A stretch of DNA of 64,000 bases from Nitrospirota bacterium (GTDB lineage Bacteria; Nitrospirota; UBA9217): NCBI GenBank assembly GCA_963737155.1, contig CAVTRN010000002.1:1952001-2016000 (forward strand), in the 5' to 3' direction. The stretch's first letter is position 1. The number at the start of each line of letters is the position of its first letter. Under the pieces are notes generated by a model. That model made no database searches, was not told where the DNA came from, and saw nothing but the letters and a program-made list of their open reading frames with translations. Of the stretch, positions 1 to 10,496 are shown piece by piece. The translations under genes were made by a program, and so were the position numbers.

Positions 1-1211
1 GAGTATATCCTTATATTGCAAAAGAAAATTTCATGGGCAAAAATTGCCTTTCTTGTCACAACGTGAAGGAAGGAACGGTACTGGGAGCCATCAGCATCAA
101 AGTGCCACTCAGTGAATCCTTCGGCAGGATACGGGCGATGCAGTATCTTTATGGTGTGCTGGGGCTGTGCGGCATTATTGTAATGACCATCATTGTCTTG
201 GTTCTTGTCCACTTAAACCTTTCACCCATGAAGGACCTGATCGCAAAGGTGAGGCGGGTCGGGGAAGGATATATCGATACATCACTCTACCGAGAAGGCA
301 AAGACGAAATAGCTCAAATGTCGCAGAATGTGGACATGGTCATCAAACATTTTTCACACATGCTTAATACCATCATTAAGACTTCCGCCAAAATAATGCC
401 GGCGGTAGACATAGTCAGGGGTCATGCTAATGTCACTTCGGAAGGGGCGAAAAAACAGGCGGGCCAGGCACATGCGATTGCGGCGGCTGCCGAAGAGATG
501 AACCAGACCATCGCGGACATAGCAAAAAATGCGGGGGAATCCGCCGACAACTCAAAGGAAGCCTTGGAAATAGTGGAAAGCGGGAAACAGATAACGAACA
601 TTTCCGTAGACACGATCAATGAGCTTAACGGCTCGACACTTGAGCTCTCAAATACAATCGAAAAGCTGAACAAAAGGGCATCGGAGATCGGAAACATCGT
701 GACAGTCATCAAAGGCATCGCGGACCAGACGAATCTCCTTGCTTTGAATGCAGCAATAGAGGCTGCACGGGCCGGGGAACAGGGAAGAGGGTTTGCTGTA
801 GTGGCTGACGAGGTAAGAAAACTGGCGGAAAGGACTATTCAGGCGACCGAGGAGATCTCAACGGAAATCGGCGCTATACAGTCGGAGTCCAGCCAGACAG
901 CAGCTTCGATGGCAGAATCAGCAAAAGGGGTGACAAAGGCCGGTGGACATATCAAGAACCTGAACAATGTTCTTGAGACCATCGTGGAGTCGATTACGAA
1001 GGTGAAGGACCAGATCAATCAGATTGCAACGGCAGTAGAAGAGCAATCGGCAACGGCGGCAGAAATATCTAAAAATATTGAATCCACCTCAACCATTTCA
1101 GGGGACATGGAAAAAATGGCGGACAATGTTGCCAGTGAAGTGCAGCATCTTTCGGATATCGCTGCGGAGCTGGGCAGAGCTACCGCCAATATTAAAACTA
1201 TGAGCAGCTAA
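1..1211 (+). CDS. Methyl-accepting chemotaxis protein with heme-c (CxxCH) periplasmic sensor; 5' truncated by the window edge
   Basis: Frame is open from base 3 ([19 protein letters not shown]). It has CLSCH, a TM helix, a HAMP-like linker and the MCP signature [38 protein letters not shown]. Confidence 0.95.
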   Translation, partial: VYPYIAKENFMGKNCLSCHNVKEGTVLGAISIKVPLSESFGRIRAMQYLYGVLGLCGIIVMTIIVLVLVHLNLSPMKDLIAKVRRVGEGYIDTSLYREGKDEIAQMSQNVDMVIKHFSHMLNTIIKTSAKIMPAVDIVRGHANVTSEGAKKQAGQAHAIAAAAEEMNQTIADIAKNAGESADNSKEALEIVESGKQITNISVDTINELNGSTLELSNTIEKLNKRASEIGNIVTVIKGIADQTNLLALNAAIEAARAGEQGRGFAVVADEVRKLAERTIQATEEISTEIGAIQSESSQTAASMAESAKGVTKAGGHIKNLNNVLETIVESITKVKDQINQIATAVEEQSATAAEISKNIESTSTISGDMEKMADNVASEVQHLSDIAAELGRATANIKTMSS

Positions 1212-1882
1212 CATATTTACGATGGCCGGAATGACCGTCGGTGACCTCTACCCTAAGTGATGGCCATAGTTCTGAGTTCACTGGTCACAAATATTATGGT
1301 CTGCGGAGATGTGATAAATCTTCATCCCAAGCTGAATCGTCGGGAATATGCCGGGCCAACATTTGTACAGCCAGCCACGTGATGTGCCCAGTAAGGCGCA
1401 GATACATTCAGGATCTTCTCCGGCAAGAAACCGTTGCACAGTAGCTGCTCGTTACTGCTGATATTTCTTTTCCATGAACACCTCTCTATTGATTCAGTGG
1501 TGTTATGATACTGCAGTATGTGGATACCGATTGTCAAAGAACATTTGTCCGAGATGTCGTGGCACAAAAATGTGTTCACGATGTCGTGACCCTTTAACAC
1601 AGGAAAACTACTGACCATTATTGCTGAAGGTTCGGAAAATGGTATGACATAGAAGGCAAACATCAACGCTGCATTTAGTCGAGCTACAGGGCAATAGAGA
1701 ACCTTCATTCGCAGCTCCTTGCTCAAGCACGAAAGGTAACGTCTGCCCATAGTGCTGGTGATAATGCCCAAGCCGAATGAAAGTATTTGGAAATGAAGGA
1801 TGTTTCTAAACATATTTTGACTCATTTGGCCGCCTTGAAGCAGGAATACAAAAGCTAATAGCGGTGCAATTATAAAAATAGT

Positions 1883-2266
1883 ATGAATGAGAATATAATG
1901 CCAGACCACTCGATTGACGCAGCCATTGTGGACGGCGATAAATTAAAGGAACTTATCGGTGCTTTTAAAACATTAAACATAAGATGCCGACTCTTGGTCG
2001 ATGACAAAGAACTGACTCTGGATAACGCAGGACGGTTTTCTGAATCCATTACTCAGGTGAGAGTATTATTAATATACCTGGAGTCGAATTTGGTGAAGTA
2101 CATAAAAGTAATAAACGCACTGAAAGAAGTGCCAAATAAATTAAATATCGCAAATAATAGCTGTCAAAACATTTTGCTGTCGATCCGAGATCTGAAAGAG
2201 CAATATTCGGAACTTGACGGGATAGTTAAAGAAGCAAGGAATGATCTTCAAAATAACCATTTATAA
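1883..2266 (+). CDS. Hypothetical protein, 127 aa, helical/coiled-coil
   Basis: ATG-started ORF with protein-like composition; no recognised motif. Confidence 0.5.
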   Translation: MNENIMPDHSIDAAIVDGDKLKELIGAFKTLNIRCRLLVDDKELTLDNAGRFSESITQVRVLLIYLESNLVKYIKVINALKEVPNKLNIANNSCQNILLSIRDLKEQYSELDGIVKEARNDLQNNHL

Positions 2267-3092
2267 GAAGAATCAATTGACCTATCAAGCAGCTGTAAAA
2301 AACCTACTTGAAGCTGTAAGTCTGTCTGCTTCAAAATCATTGGCCACTCGACCATCGCCGTTGTACGCACCTGCCGTGGCGACGATAGAAGTGATGATAT
2401 GAAATAAAGCGACAATACAAATGGCGGGATCAGAGAAGAACACAGCACAATAGCTGACAGATATTTCCGTTTTGAAGGCGGAATCATAAGAATGCGCCCT
2501 ACTTTTGTGTGTATAGTTCCGGTGACATGAACTATGAGGCAACACTAGTGCAATTTTCATCTTGTATATTTGACCTTGTTACAAAATAGACTATACAACC
2601 TTGTAGGTGAAGACCGGATGAAAAGTATTGTTGGAGAGGTGATAAAAAAATCTGTTTAATTATGTACATTATCTTATGGTTTTTTTGGCGACAATAACTT
2701 CCTGGTTTATTGTTGTCAAGTATTTTTGTAATAAAATAGCGTTTACTTGATGTATGGTTTTTTGTTCATGTTCACGAAAAGTATACCAGTAAGGGATATT
2801 CCTCCGAAGTGATGGTTTAAGAGGTCCTCAGTCCTTCGGGGTAAAAATTTTCTCTCACAAATGCCCCAGGATCGGTTTCCCACTGGCAGTCCATATCCTG
2901 ATATCCCCCTAAACATTAATCTTGCGCGGCACCTTGTCCAACCCTGGTAATTAGAGGGTCTCAAGAGAGCCCTGACCTTGCTTCATAGGGACAAAGGTGC
3001 AAGCGGGGATTATTGACTCTGTACTGGAAGGTCGGCTTGGCCGCCTTAGTGGAAGGAGAGATATTTCCCCGCCTACACGCCAAGATTTTGAG

Positions 3093-4349
3093 TTATGCAG
3101 CCTCCTTGAACTGAAATGATGTCCTGGAGTAATCAAAAACACTATTATCTCGCACGATGGCAAATATGATCCGGAGAAGCTTGCGTGCGACAGCGATCAA
3201 GGCCTTGGTCCTTAGCATGCCCCGATCAAGGTATCTCTGATACTGATGTTCCATAACGCAACCCTGACGAACCATATTCATCGCGGCAAAATATAAGAGT
3301 TTCCGCATCAGGGGACGACCACGCTTGGAAATACGACGAGTCCCCCGGTATTTGCCGGAGCTGACTTCAAATAGATCCAGACCGGCGAGTTTCATAATTT
3401 CCCCGATGGTGCTGTACTTCCGAAAGTCGCCCACTTCACCAATGAGGCCAGCAGCGGTAACTTCACCGATTCCTTTGATCGAAAGAAGAGAATTGCTGTA
3501 GGGAATCTGTTTAAGATGATGACTCATTTCCTTTTCCAAACCTTCCGTAAACTTTTCAGAGGCTTCCATGGCAGCAAGAATTGCTTGGGTCTCGAGGAGG
3601 ATGCTTGCTTGGCCCTCAACCACGCCTATGGACGCTCCCGCTGCCTCGTAGAGTGCTTTGGCACAGTCTTCCTTCAGTCTTCCCCGGCTCACCTTTCTCA
3701 TTGTTCCGGTCAGATTATCAAGACCGTATGCGACAAGACTCTGAGGTGCCGGGCAGTGCTTCAATAAGTAGTGTGCGGTTGCAGTCTTTACATTTTTCAC
3801 CACTTGGAGAAACTCGGGGAAGATGATCGCAATCAAGCTCTGGAGTTGGTTCACCAACGCCGTATGGCGCTCCGTGCTCCTTTCCCTGGCCTGAGTAAGC
3901 CTTCGAAGCTCAGCAGCAGGCCCTTCCGGGATCACGACCGTAAGGGCACGGCCAAGCTCTATGATATCTGCGATTATCTTTGGGTCTTTCTGATCGGTTT
4001 TGTTCGGAGAATTACCCTGGAGCTCCTTGACTCTTTTGGTATGCATGGGATTCACTTGCACAAGTCGCACACCCCGTGCTTGCATAAAATGTACGAGAGC
4101 CTCTCCATACGGGCCGGTGGACTCATACCCAAAAACAATCTCATCAAGGCGATGAATCTCCTTTGCTCTTGATATCCGCTCCCAGAACTCCCAGCAGCCG
4201 GCTCCGTTATTTGGAAAGGAGAAGGGCTTCACGTCAGTCCCATCTGGGCAGCGTCAGTATCCAAAATGCTTGTCTTTGCTGATGTCTACCGTCACGATAA
4301 GAGCCTTCCCATTGACTATCTGTTGCTTTTTTGTTTTAATGATCTTCAA
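3093..4349 (-). pseudogene. IS110 (DEDD) transposase interrupted by an in-frame TGA at codon 32
   Basis: TTG start at 4349 after AAAGGAG. Reads LIVTVDISKDKHFGY*RCPDGTDVKPF (TGA at 4256-4254), then ESTG, KTDQKD, SIKGIG and SSGK..ISKRGRPLMR IS110 motifs. Confidence 0.85.
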
Positions 4350-4420
4350 GGCTATACTCCTTTCTCTGATTTATTTACCAACTTGCCAGCTGGTTTTAAA
4401 TCAAGAAAGAGTATAGCCTT
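4348..4420 (-). promoter_or_regulatory. Long imperfect inverted repeat covering the IS110 SD and start codon
   Basis: AAGGCTATACTC..TTTCT..TGATTTA..ACCA pairs with TGGT..TAAATCA.AGAAA.GAGTATAGCCTT. Confidence 0.75.
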
Positions 4421-4569
4421 CTAACTAAACTTTTTCTACTCTTCTACAATATAGCAAGCTGTAGCAAACGATATAACATTCTTTGCAACAATGCAATTTT
4501 TAACCTGTATTCGATAACATCTTGTCTGAGAAATAGTTCCCCTCACTCAGAACCACACACGAAAATAAC

Positions 4570-4598
4570 TTGACATGTGTAACTTTAAGGGTTACACT
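4570..4598 (+). promoter_or_regulatory. Sigma70 promoter with overlapping palindromic operator for higBA-1
   Basis: TTGACA-N17-TACACT; GTGTAAC-N7-GTTACAC at 4577-4597; ATG 7 nt after the -10 (near-leaderless). Confidence 0.8.
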
Positions 4599-4605
4599 TC
4601 TATAG

Positions 4606-4884
4606 ATGATAATGGCCTTCACGCACAAGGGACTTGAAGACTTCTTTTTCGACGGAACGAAGAAGGGAATTCAGGCGTCTCACGCTCACAAGCTTGCGGA
4701 TATTTTGGATAGACTCGATGCCTCTCACCTTGTGGAGGACATGAGATATCCGGGTTCAGATCTGCATCAGCTAAAAGGACTGTTAAAAGGCTTTTGGGCT
4801 GTAAAGGTTTCCGGCAACTGGCGTGTTGTCTTTGCCTTTAAAGAAGGCAATGCCTATCAGGTAAGCTATCTCGATTATCATTAG
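4606..4884 (+). CDS. higB: HigB (RelE-like) toxin
   Basis: FTHKGLEDFF..LHQLKG..WAVKVSGNWRVVFAF..YLDYH; toxin-first order. Confidence 0.92.
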   Translation: MIMAFTHKGLEDFFFDGTKKGIQASHAHKLADILDRLDASHLVEDMRYPGSDLHQLKGLLKGFWAVKVSGNWRVVFAFKEGNAYQVSYLDYH

Positions 4885-4896
4885 AAAGGTGAAAAC

Positions 4897-5190
4897 ATGA
4901 GAACGCGAAAGAGAATACCTACCCATCCGGGTGGCATATTGAGAAGGCAGTATATGGAGCCCTTATCCCTCACGGTTTCCGAGCTCGCCAAAACTCTCGG
5001 CGTGTCACGAAAGACTCTGTCGAAAATAGTAAACGAACACGGCGATGTGACGCCTGACATGGCACTTCGTCTCTCCAGGGCATTTAACACTACCCCGGAA
5101 CTTTGGATCAATCTTCAGCGCAATTATGACCTCTGGGAAGCCGCACACAAGTCGAATGACTGGAAGTTGGTTGAGGCGATAGCTATTTAG
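4897..5190 (+). CDS. higA: HigA antitoxin (HTH-XRE)
   Basis: PTHPGGIL..LAKTLGVSRKTLS..VTPDMALRLS..WINLQRNYDLW. Confidence 0.92.
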   Translation: MRTRKRIPTHPGGILRRQYMEPLSLTVSELAKTLGVSRKTLSKIVNEHGDVTPDMALRLSRAFNTTPELWINLQRNYDLWEAAHKSNDWKLVEAIAI

Positions 5191-5283
5191 CCGGGAGTTG
5201 GGTCACCGTTTCCTGCAATAACGAATTATCGGTATTTTAGGTACGGATTTTGTACCTAAAAGGATTTGGTGGATTGGAATGAT

Positions 5284-5540
5284 ATGAAATTACCTAGATT
5301 GAAAGGGGGCAGAAGCTTTTACTCCGAAAAAAGTATTGTGCCCTTGGTGTGAGAAAAACAAGGTATTAGAACCGCACTCTTTTGCCATATTAGGCGGTGG
5401 TGCTTTATTAATGAATAGGTAAGATGATTCAGGCGGACCTGATGACAAAATTGACGGTTTTCTTCACTTGTCTTGGCATGGCGCTCACGATGAAGGCCTT
5501 GGCAAAGACAAGGGATTGGTGCAAGTATTGAAATTTGTCG
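5284..5540 (+). pseudogene. Degraded small hypothetical gene with a CPWC motif
   Basis: Stitching frames gives MKLPRLKGG..KKVLCPWCEKNKVLEPHSFAI/LGGGALLMNR*DDSGGPDDKIDGFLHLSWHGAHDEG; protein-like but with frameshifts and a stop. Confidence 0.4.
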
Positions 5541-6024
5541 TGACCTTTATTTGTGTGCACGATGTCCTGTCCTTTATCACCTAATGCCTATTTAAATGAA
5601 TAACGTGGTTTCGGGGACCTGACCCGAGAACACAGGACTCTCAAGTCAGTTAATGTCTGCGTTAAAATATCCCCGCCACCTGAAATTCCAGCTTTACATT
5701 GACTTCATATTATACAGTGATAAACTTTACCTATATAGTAATCGTTTATATCCTTTAACAGTTACTCATCTTCATAATATATATATCTCTCTCTTAAAGC
5801 ATAAGCTAAGAGTATAATTCTGATCCTAAATACAGCTAAAGAGATCTGTATTCAGTCTTTGTTAACGGTTTACGGAGATGCACCGATTTAGAGAAGTGCT
5901 GCCGTTGTTGTAATCTGTATTAACTCTGTAGGCCATATATGAAGACACAAGTGCATGGTGCCTTGCTGAACCATTCGGAATGCGAGACACCCTATTCACG
6001 GCACTATGGATAAGGAGGAGCATT

Positions 6025-8433
6025 ATGAAACAGTACTACATGCATTTGACCGTCTTTTTTCTTGCTGTGACTCTTGTAGCTGTAGGGTATCCTGCTTCCG
6101 CGCAATCGAAGGTTCTATATAACTCTGACCCTCCCTTCGGACATAGCCTCGCTCAGCAGGTGACAGTCAAGGACGGGGCAGGAAAAAGCGAGATGTTCTA
6201 TGATCCTAAAGACCCCTATGCCATATTCATTAATTACGAGCTTGGGATGCACTGCGTGGGGTTTGATATTTCCTACTGCTGCGTGATTCCGCCTTACAAC
6301 AGCATCCAGGCGCAGGCGGTCAAAACAGGAGAACAGGGCCGGATGCCAAGTCTGCTCTCACCCGACGACGGGATAAGGCTTGTCTACTCAGTCGAGGACA
6401 ACAGCTACAGTGAAGGGAACAAAATGCGCTACTGGCAGGTGAGCAAGGACGTCTACGGAACGGGCAGGAGCAATGATCCTGGCGACACCATGGCGAATTA
6501 CGTCTGGACCCACCTTTTCATCTATAAGGATCTCGAGGGCACGATCCCCCCTGGCGTGACCGATGCACAGCGGCTCTTTGTGGGGAAGCAAATTCAGGTA
6601 CCCATCGACTCCGGACCGACGGGGAAAAATCTTTCCGGCGGCGATCTTAGCTACGCTGGCAGCGCGGGCAGCAACAAAGTTTTCACCGACTCTCTCATCC
6701 CCGAAGTCAAGAACATTCAATTGACGCTTACGGCATCGTACCTGTGGGATGCGCTTGGTCTTCCCCTAACCGCGTTTAACGACAGCAGGAGGAGAGGGAC
6801 CATACGCACCATATCAGATCTCGATTTCCAGCCCTACCAGCACTCCGTGGTCCGGTTGCAGGATAAGGACGGTAAACCAATTCTTGCCAAGGGAAAAACG
6901 GTCGAGTTCTTCGGCACAAACCCCATTGATATCCCTAACTGCTATGTGTGCCACTCGGGTGATGGCAAGGCGGCGAAATTGTCCCGGCAGGAAGGGTTGC
7001 CCCTTTTTGATAAGGAATACACCTACTGGAAGAAGAATTATTCCGATATGTCGGAATTCATGGCGCGGTCGTCGGCTGCGACCATCAACGTTCTTGAATT
7101 GCATGACCGGCATTACGGCACCGTATTCCTCAAGGATTACCGGTCCGATGCTTCCACGAACCGTCTCGGGTCCGTGGGCCCCGTGTACTGCGCTGATTGC
7201 CACGGCGACAACGTTTCCGGCAACCTGCAGTCCCCGCGGCCGACGGCAACGGGGTACAAAACGGTAAAAGCAAAGGCGCTGTCTGTTGCGATCCATGGAG
7301 TGCACGCCAAGTTTATCTCCATGCCCGATAAGGCGGGTAGAACGCAGAGCTGTCAGGCATGCCACCCGACTCATTGGCAGCCTGAGAAAATGAACAACCT
7401 GTCTGCAAACCCCTATGTCATCGTCGACATGGAAGGGAACCCGCGATTTTCGAACGCCGATGTACGTACAGCAGGCGGCGGGTGCTACCTGCGCCGCGAT
7501 GCCCATACGAACCCGAACGTGAAACCTCCCTTCTTCCTGAACAGCATCGGGAAATGGTATCTTCGTGAAGTAAGCATGAAAGACGAACTGGGGAAGCCAG
7601 TCAGGGGAAAAAGGGGCCTCTACTGTTCCAATTGCCATAATCAGCTGTCGCGCGAGCTGTACAACAATGATGATCTGCAGAATGCAGCCACCCAGGAAGG
7701 GGCTTCTCTCAGGAATAAAACCCTTGCTGAGGTCGTCACGACTGTGGCAAACGGAGATGAGAAAAAGTTCAGACAATACTATGCCGATCCTGTCGTGGGC
7801 GCGGAGGGGGACCCCCTTTACGCATATTACGGGAAACATACCGGCGCAACGCTCGTGAAGGCCTCAAAGGACAGCACAGGTAAGTTGCAACTTCTTCCCT
7901 GGAACGCAAAGGAGGGCGATGCTGTGCCTTATGATGGGGCTTCAGCAGGCCAGGATTGGTGGCTCGCGGCAGGGGAGCCGCACTGCGCCGACTGCCATAT
8001 TGCGCCTTTTGTCGAGAGCGAGGGAGGAGCTTATTTTCCCATCGACCAGCCAAACAAGTATTCTCTATATCGTTATTCGAAGGCGCATGGGAATTTTGCT
8101 TGCCAGTCATGTCACGAGTCGATTCATGGACTCTATCCGGTGCGCTTTGAAGGAGAGGATGGCACCGTGGACAGAACGACTCATCAGCAGGCTCTTCAAT
8201 TTAGTCCTGATGGGAAGTATGCCGGGCCGGTTACCTGCGGGGCATGCCACCGGGTGAATAAAAAAGGAGTGCCGATTCAGCTGAAAAATACGGCGTACTA
8301 TAACGATTACTGGGCATCGGTGGCGCTGCTCCATTTCATGCGGGCCGGAGACGAGAAGATACCGATCGCCAAGCTGATGGAAAAGTTCCCCTATCAGCAA
8401 ACCAGAAAGATCGTGCAAGAAGGATGGGAATAA
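6025..8433 (+). CDS. Exported multiheme c-type cytochrome, 802 aa, 7 CxxCH motifs
   Basis: AAGGAGGAG SD before ATG 6025; signal peptide ending ASA; CYVCH, CADCH, CQACH, CSNCH, CADCH, CQSCH, CGACH. Confidence 0.92.
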   Translation: MKQYYMHLTVFFLAVTLVAVGYPASAQSKVLYNSDPPFGHSLAQQVTVKDGAGKSEMFYDPKDPYAIFINYELGMHCVGFDISYCCVIPPYNSIQAQAVKTGEQGRMPSLLSPDDGIRLVYSVEDNSYSEGNKMRYWQVSKDVYGTGRSNDPGDTMANYVWTHLFIYKDLEGTIPPGVTDAQRLFVGKQIQVPIDSGPTGKNLSGGDLSYAGSAGSNKVFTDSLIPEVKNIQLTLTASYLWDALGLPLTAFNDSRRRGTIRTISDLDFQPYQHSVVRLQDKDGKPILAKGKTVEFFGTNPIDIPNCYVCHSGDGKAAKLSRQEGLPLFDKEYTYWKKNYSDMSEFMARSSAATINVLELHDRHYGTVFLKDYRSDASTNRLGSVGPVYCADCHGDNVSGNLQSPRPTATGYKTVKAKALSVAIHGVHAKFISMPDKAGRTQSCQACHPTHWQPEKMNNLSANPYVIVDMEGNPRFSNADVRTAGGGCYLRRDAHTNPNVKPPFFLNSIGKWYLREVSMKDELGKPVRGKRGLYCSNCHNQLSRELYNNDDLQNAATQEGASLRNKTLAEVVTTVANGDEKKFRQYYADPVVGAEGDPLYAYYGKHTGATLVKASKDSTGKLQLLPWNAKEGDAVPYDGASAGQDWWLAAGEPHCADCHIAPFVESEGGAYFPIDQPNKYSLYRYSKAHGNFACQSCHESIHGLYPVRFEGEDGTVDRTTHQQALQFSPDGKYAGPVTCGACHRVNKKGVPIQLKNTAYYNDYWASVALLHFMRAGDEKIPIAKLMEKFPYQQTRKIVQEGWE

Positions 8434-8556
8434 CATTCCGCCGGGCCGCGATACGTGCCCTGTTGTCGAGTGCGGGTTATTAAGAATGGCTGATGACTTC
8501 GAGAAGGAGAGGAAACATGTGTTGATGCAAGTCCAGGGTTTACTAATACAAACACA

Positions 8557-9093
8557 CTAGGTCATGTTACAAAGTCGTTTGATTTTATGCTTTGACCACG
8601 AATCGATCGTTTTCTGGACTGTATCCCAGATTGCATCAAGATTATCAAACCATCCGTTGGTGGTTGATTCATAGCGAATCTGTCGCCATATCCTTTCCTG
8701 CATATTCAAAGCAGGCTGATATGGAGGTAAGTACGCTATCCGGAGTCGTTCATGCTTTTTTAGAAACTCCCGGATCGGATCACCCCTATGCCAACGTGCT
8801 CGGTCAATATACAACCAAATAGTATAGCCACGAAGCCTGCTATACAGGTGCTGCAACACCTTGAGGAAGGCCTCTCGGTTGCCACGTTCCGTTTGGATCA
8901 CCCCTGCGCGCCCCAGAAGAGGCGCTACCCAGCCGGAAACATTCAAGTGTTTCTGATGCTGACTTGTTGTAGGGATATTCAACCGCTTTCCAATGAGCGC
9001 CCAACCACGACCAAGCCGAGGATGGAGGGTAAAACCGCTTTCGTCCTGAAAAACAACCGTTTCCCTAGGACCCAGCGTTTTGAGTTTTTTTTT
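8557..9093 (-). CDS. IS630 transposase, DDE ORF (entered by a frameshift at the A9 run)
   Basis: FQDESGF, YIDRARWH and YLPPYQPALNMQERIW catalytic motifs. Confidence 0.88.
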   Translation of the reverse strand, partial: KKKLKTLGPRETVVFQDESGFTLHPRLGRGWALIGKRLNIPTTSQHQKHLNVSGWVAPLLGRAGVIQTERGNREAFLKVLQHLYSRLRGYTIWLYIDRARWHRGDPIREFLKKHERLRIAYLPPYQPALNMQERIWRQIRYESTTNGWFDNLDAIWDTVQKTIDSWSKHKIKRLCNMT

Positions 9094-9589
9094 GGCTCTT
9101 GGCGAACTTCTTCGCGTCTTCTGCCTTTGCCTGGAGATACACATGACTGGCCCGCTTTAACCGATACCCGAGTCGATGCATCCAATACTGGGCTTGACGG
9201 ACTCTCAACTTTATTCCGAACTGTCGCTGTAAGTGAGTCGCCAAGGTGGGGCCATCCCACCGGACACGGTTCAAACCGAACTTCTGGGGCGATTCCTCCA
9301 GATGATGTTCCAATTGAGCTGCGATCTTCGGCGTCATGCGTGCCGGACGTCCCGGCTGCCTTTTCGGGATCAGGGCGTCTACCCCATCCTTGTTTACCGC
9401 TCGTGTCCAGCGGTTTATGTTCATCCGGTTCTGGCCCAGAACCTCAGAAATCCAGCCAGGGCGTTGACCCTCCAAGACCAAAAGAAGAGTGGCGATCTTT
9501 ACGCCGACCCAAGCGCCTGGGATTCTCTCGGCCAGAGCCAAGAGCCGTTCTTTCGAAGCTTTATCAGGGTTCAACGGGAAGGTATTCAT
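9065..9589 (-). CDS. IS630 transposase, N-terminal HTH ORF
   Basis: NRWTRAVNKDGVDAL..PGRP..PQKFG..RWDGPTL..MHRLGYRLKR; ends just past an A9 run. Confidence 0.88.
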   Translation of the reverse strand: MNTFPLNPDKASKERLLALAERIPGAWVGVKIATLLLVLEGQRPGWISEVLGQNRMNINRWTRAVNKDGVDALIPKRQPGRPARMTPKIAAQLEHHLEESPQKFGLNRVRWDGPTLATHLQRQFGIKLRVRQAQYWMHRLGYRLKRASHVYLQAKAEDAKKFAKSQKKTQNAGS

Positions 9590-9890
9590 GCCTCCTAGTA
9601 TAGCACAATGCCAGCTAAATTGTAACAATATTTAGCGCGTTTGTATAAATTAAGTACGCTTTTGATAAAATATTCAAAAGTTAATAACTTTATTATTAAT
9701 TCGAGACTTTAGACCGTACTTCGCCTCTCATTCTTTGACGGTGCTTGAAGCACTGATCCAACTCGAAAAGTCAGGACGCATAGCTTCCCTTCCCCCGATC
9801 CCCAAAAACTGTGTTTTCAAGGAAAGAGCACCTCTTGTTGAGGAAACCATTTCTTGAGAAATTCCCTCAAGGCTCTCACATGTCAATAGA

Positions 9891-10496
9891 TCACGATGTG
9901 GCATGAAGTATTTTTTTTACCATGGCGCGCTGTTTCTTGTGCTCATGCCGCTCCATTGCATAGAACATGATGCCGGCCAACACATAGGCGAGAGCAAGTA
10001 GCGCCCAGTGGTCCACATTTAGCAGCCCCGGCAGGGTGGATGTTCCCATATCGCCCGTTTTGTAAAAACCTTCAAGCTCGGGGTAGAAGGCGGAGAACAG
10101 CAGTGTCCCACTTCCCATACCGGCCATCGTAACCAACGCATCCAGCCTGCCTGACGCCAAGCCGACAACGGCTGTACCCGGGCAGTATCCGCTGACAAGG
10201 TACCCGAGTCCAAACAGGGCGCCTCCGACCAACTGGGGCCAGAGGAATGTAGGAATGATCCAAACCCTGCTCATGTCGAGGACCTTGAGATCGGATAAAA
10301 GGCAGAGCCCGGTTGCGGCCACCAGGATTGCGGAGAACATCATCTTGGGCACGGCAAAATCGGTTCGATAGAATACGCCAGTGAGCCTGTGGGGGTTGCC
10401 CATTCCTCCCCGTTCAAGGAAGAAGCCGAAGAACAGGCCGATGACTACGGCCATTGCAAGATTAACGGTATCGCTCAAGACAAGGGGTGTGCTCAT
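9891..10496 (-). CDS. YeeE/YedE-family sulfur-compound transport membrane protein
   Basis: GLFFGFFLERGG, VGGALFGLG..SGYCPGT motif; its ATG overlaps the TGA of the upstream paralog. Confidence 0.88.
   Translation of the reverse strand: MSTPLVLSDTVNLAMAVVIGLFFGFFLERGGMGNPHRLTGVFYRTDFAVPKMMFSAILVAATGLCLLSDLKVLDMSRVWIIPTFLWPQLVGGALFGLGYLVSGYCPGTAVVGLASGRLDALVTMAGMGSGTLLFSAFYPELEGFYKTGDMGTSTLPGLLNVDHWALLALAYVLAGIMFYAMERHEHKKQRAMVKKILHATS

Larger units (their letters stand above)
2780..4460 (-). mobile_element. IS110-family element (ends approximate)
   Basis: Transposase 4349-3093, a ~300-bp GC-richer non-coding 3' segment and a 5' hairpin; flanks become AT-rich outside these limits. Confidence 0.7.
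8549..9643 (-). mobile_element. IS630-family element with split transposase
   Basis: Terminal IRs CAAACACACTAGGTCATGTTACA and (rc) CAAACGCGCTAAATATTGTTACA; flanking TA at 8547-8548 and 9644-9645. Confidence 0.9.

Noticed and set aside
1322-1909. 195-aa minus-strand ORF
   Set aside because: No recognisable motif, atypical composition, and overlaps the start of 1883-2266; may be decayed coding DNA but cannot be supported
2650-2680. Second dif-like site (TTATGTACATTATC)
   Set aside because: Lacks the ATAA-N6-TTAT symmetry and a XerD arm
4254-4256. TGA in IS110 as selenocysteine or an alternative genetic code
   Set aside because: No reason for Sec in a transposase, no evident SECIS, and TGA is used as a normal stop by many genes here
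6814-7839. 341-aa minus-strand ORF
   Set aside because: Antisense shadow of the multiheme cytochrome
8788-9603. 271-aa plus-strand ORF
   Set aside because: Antisense to the IS630 transposase, with no motifs
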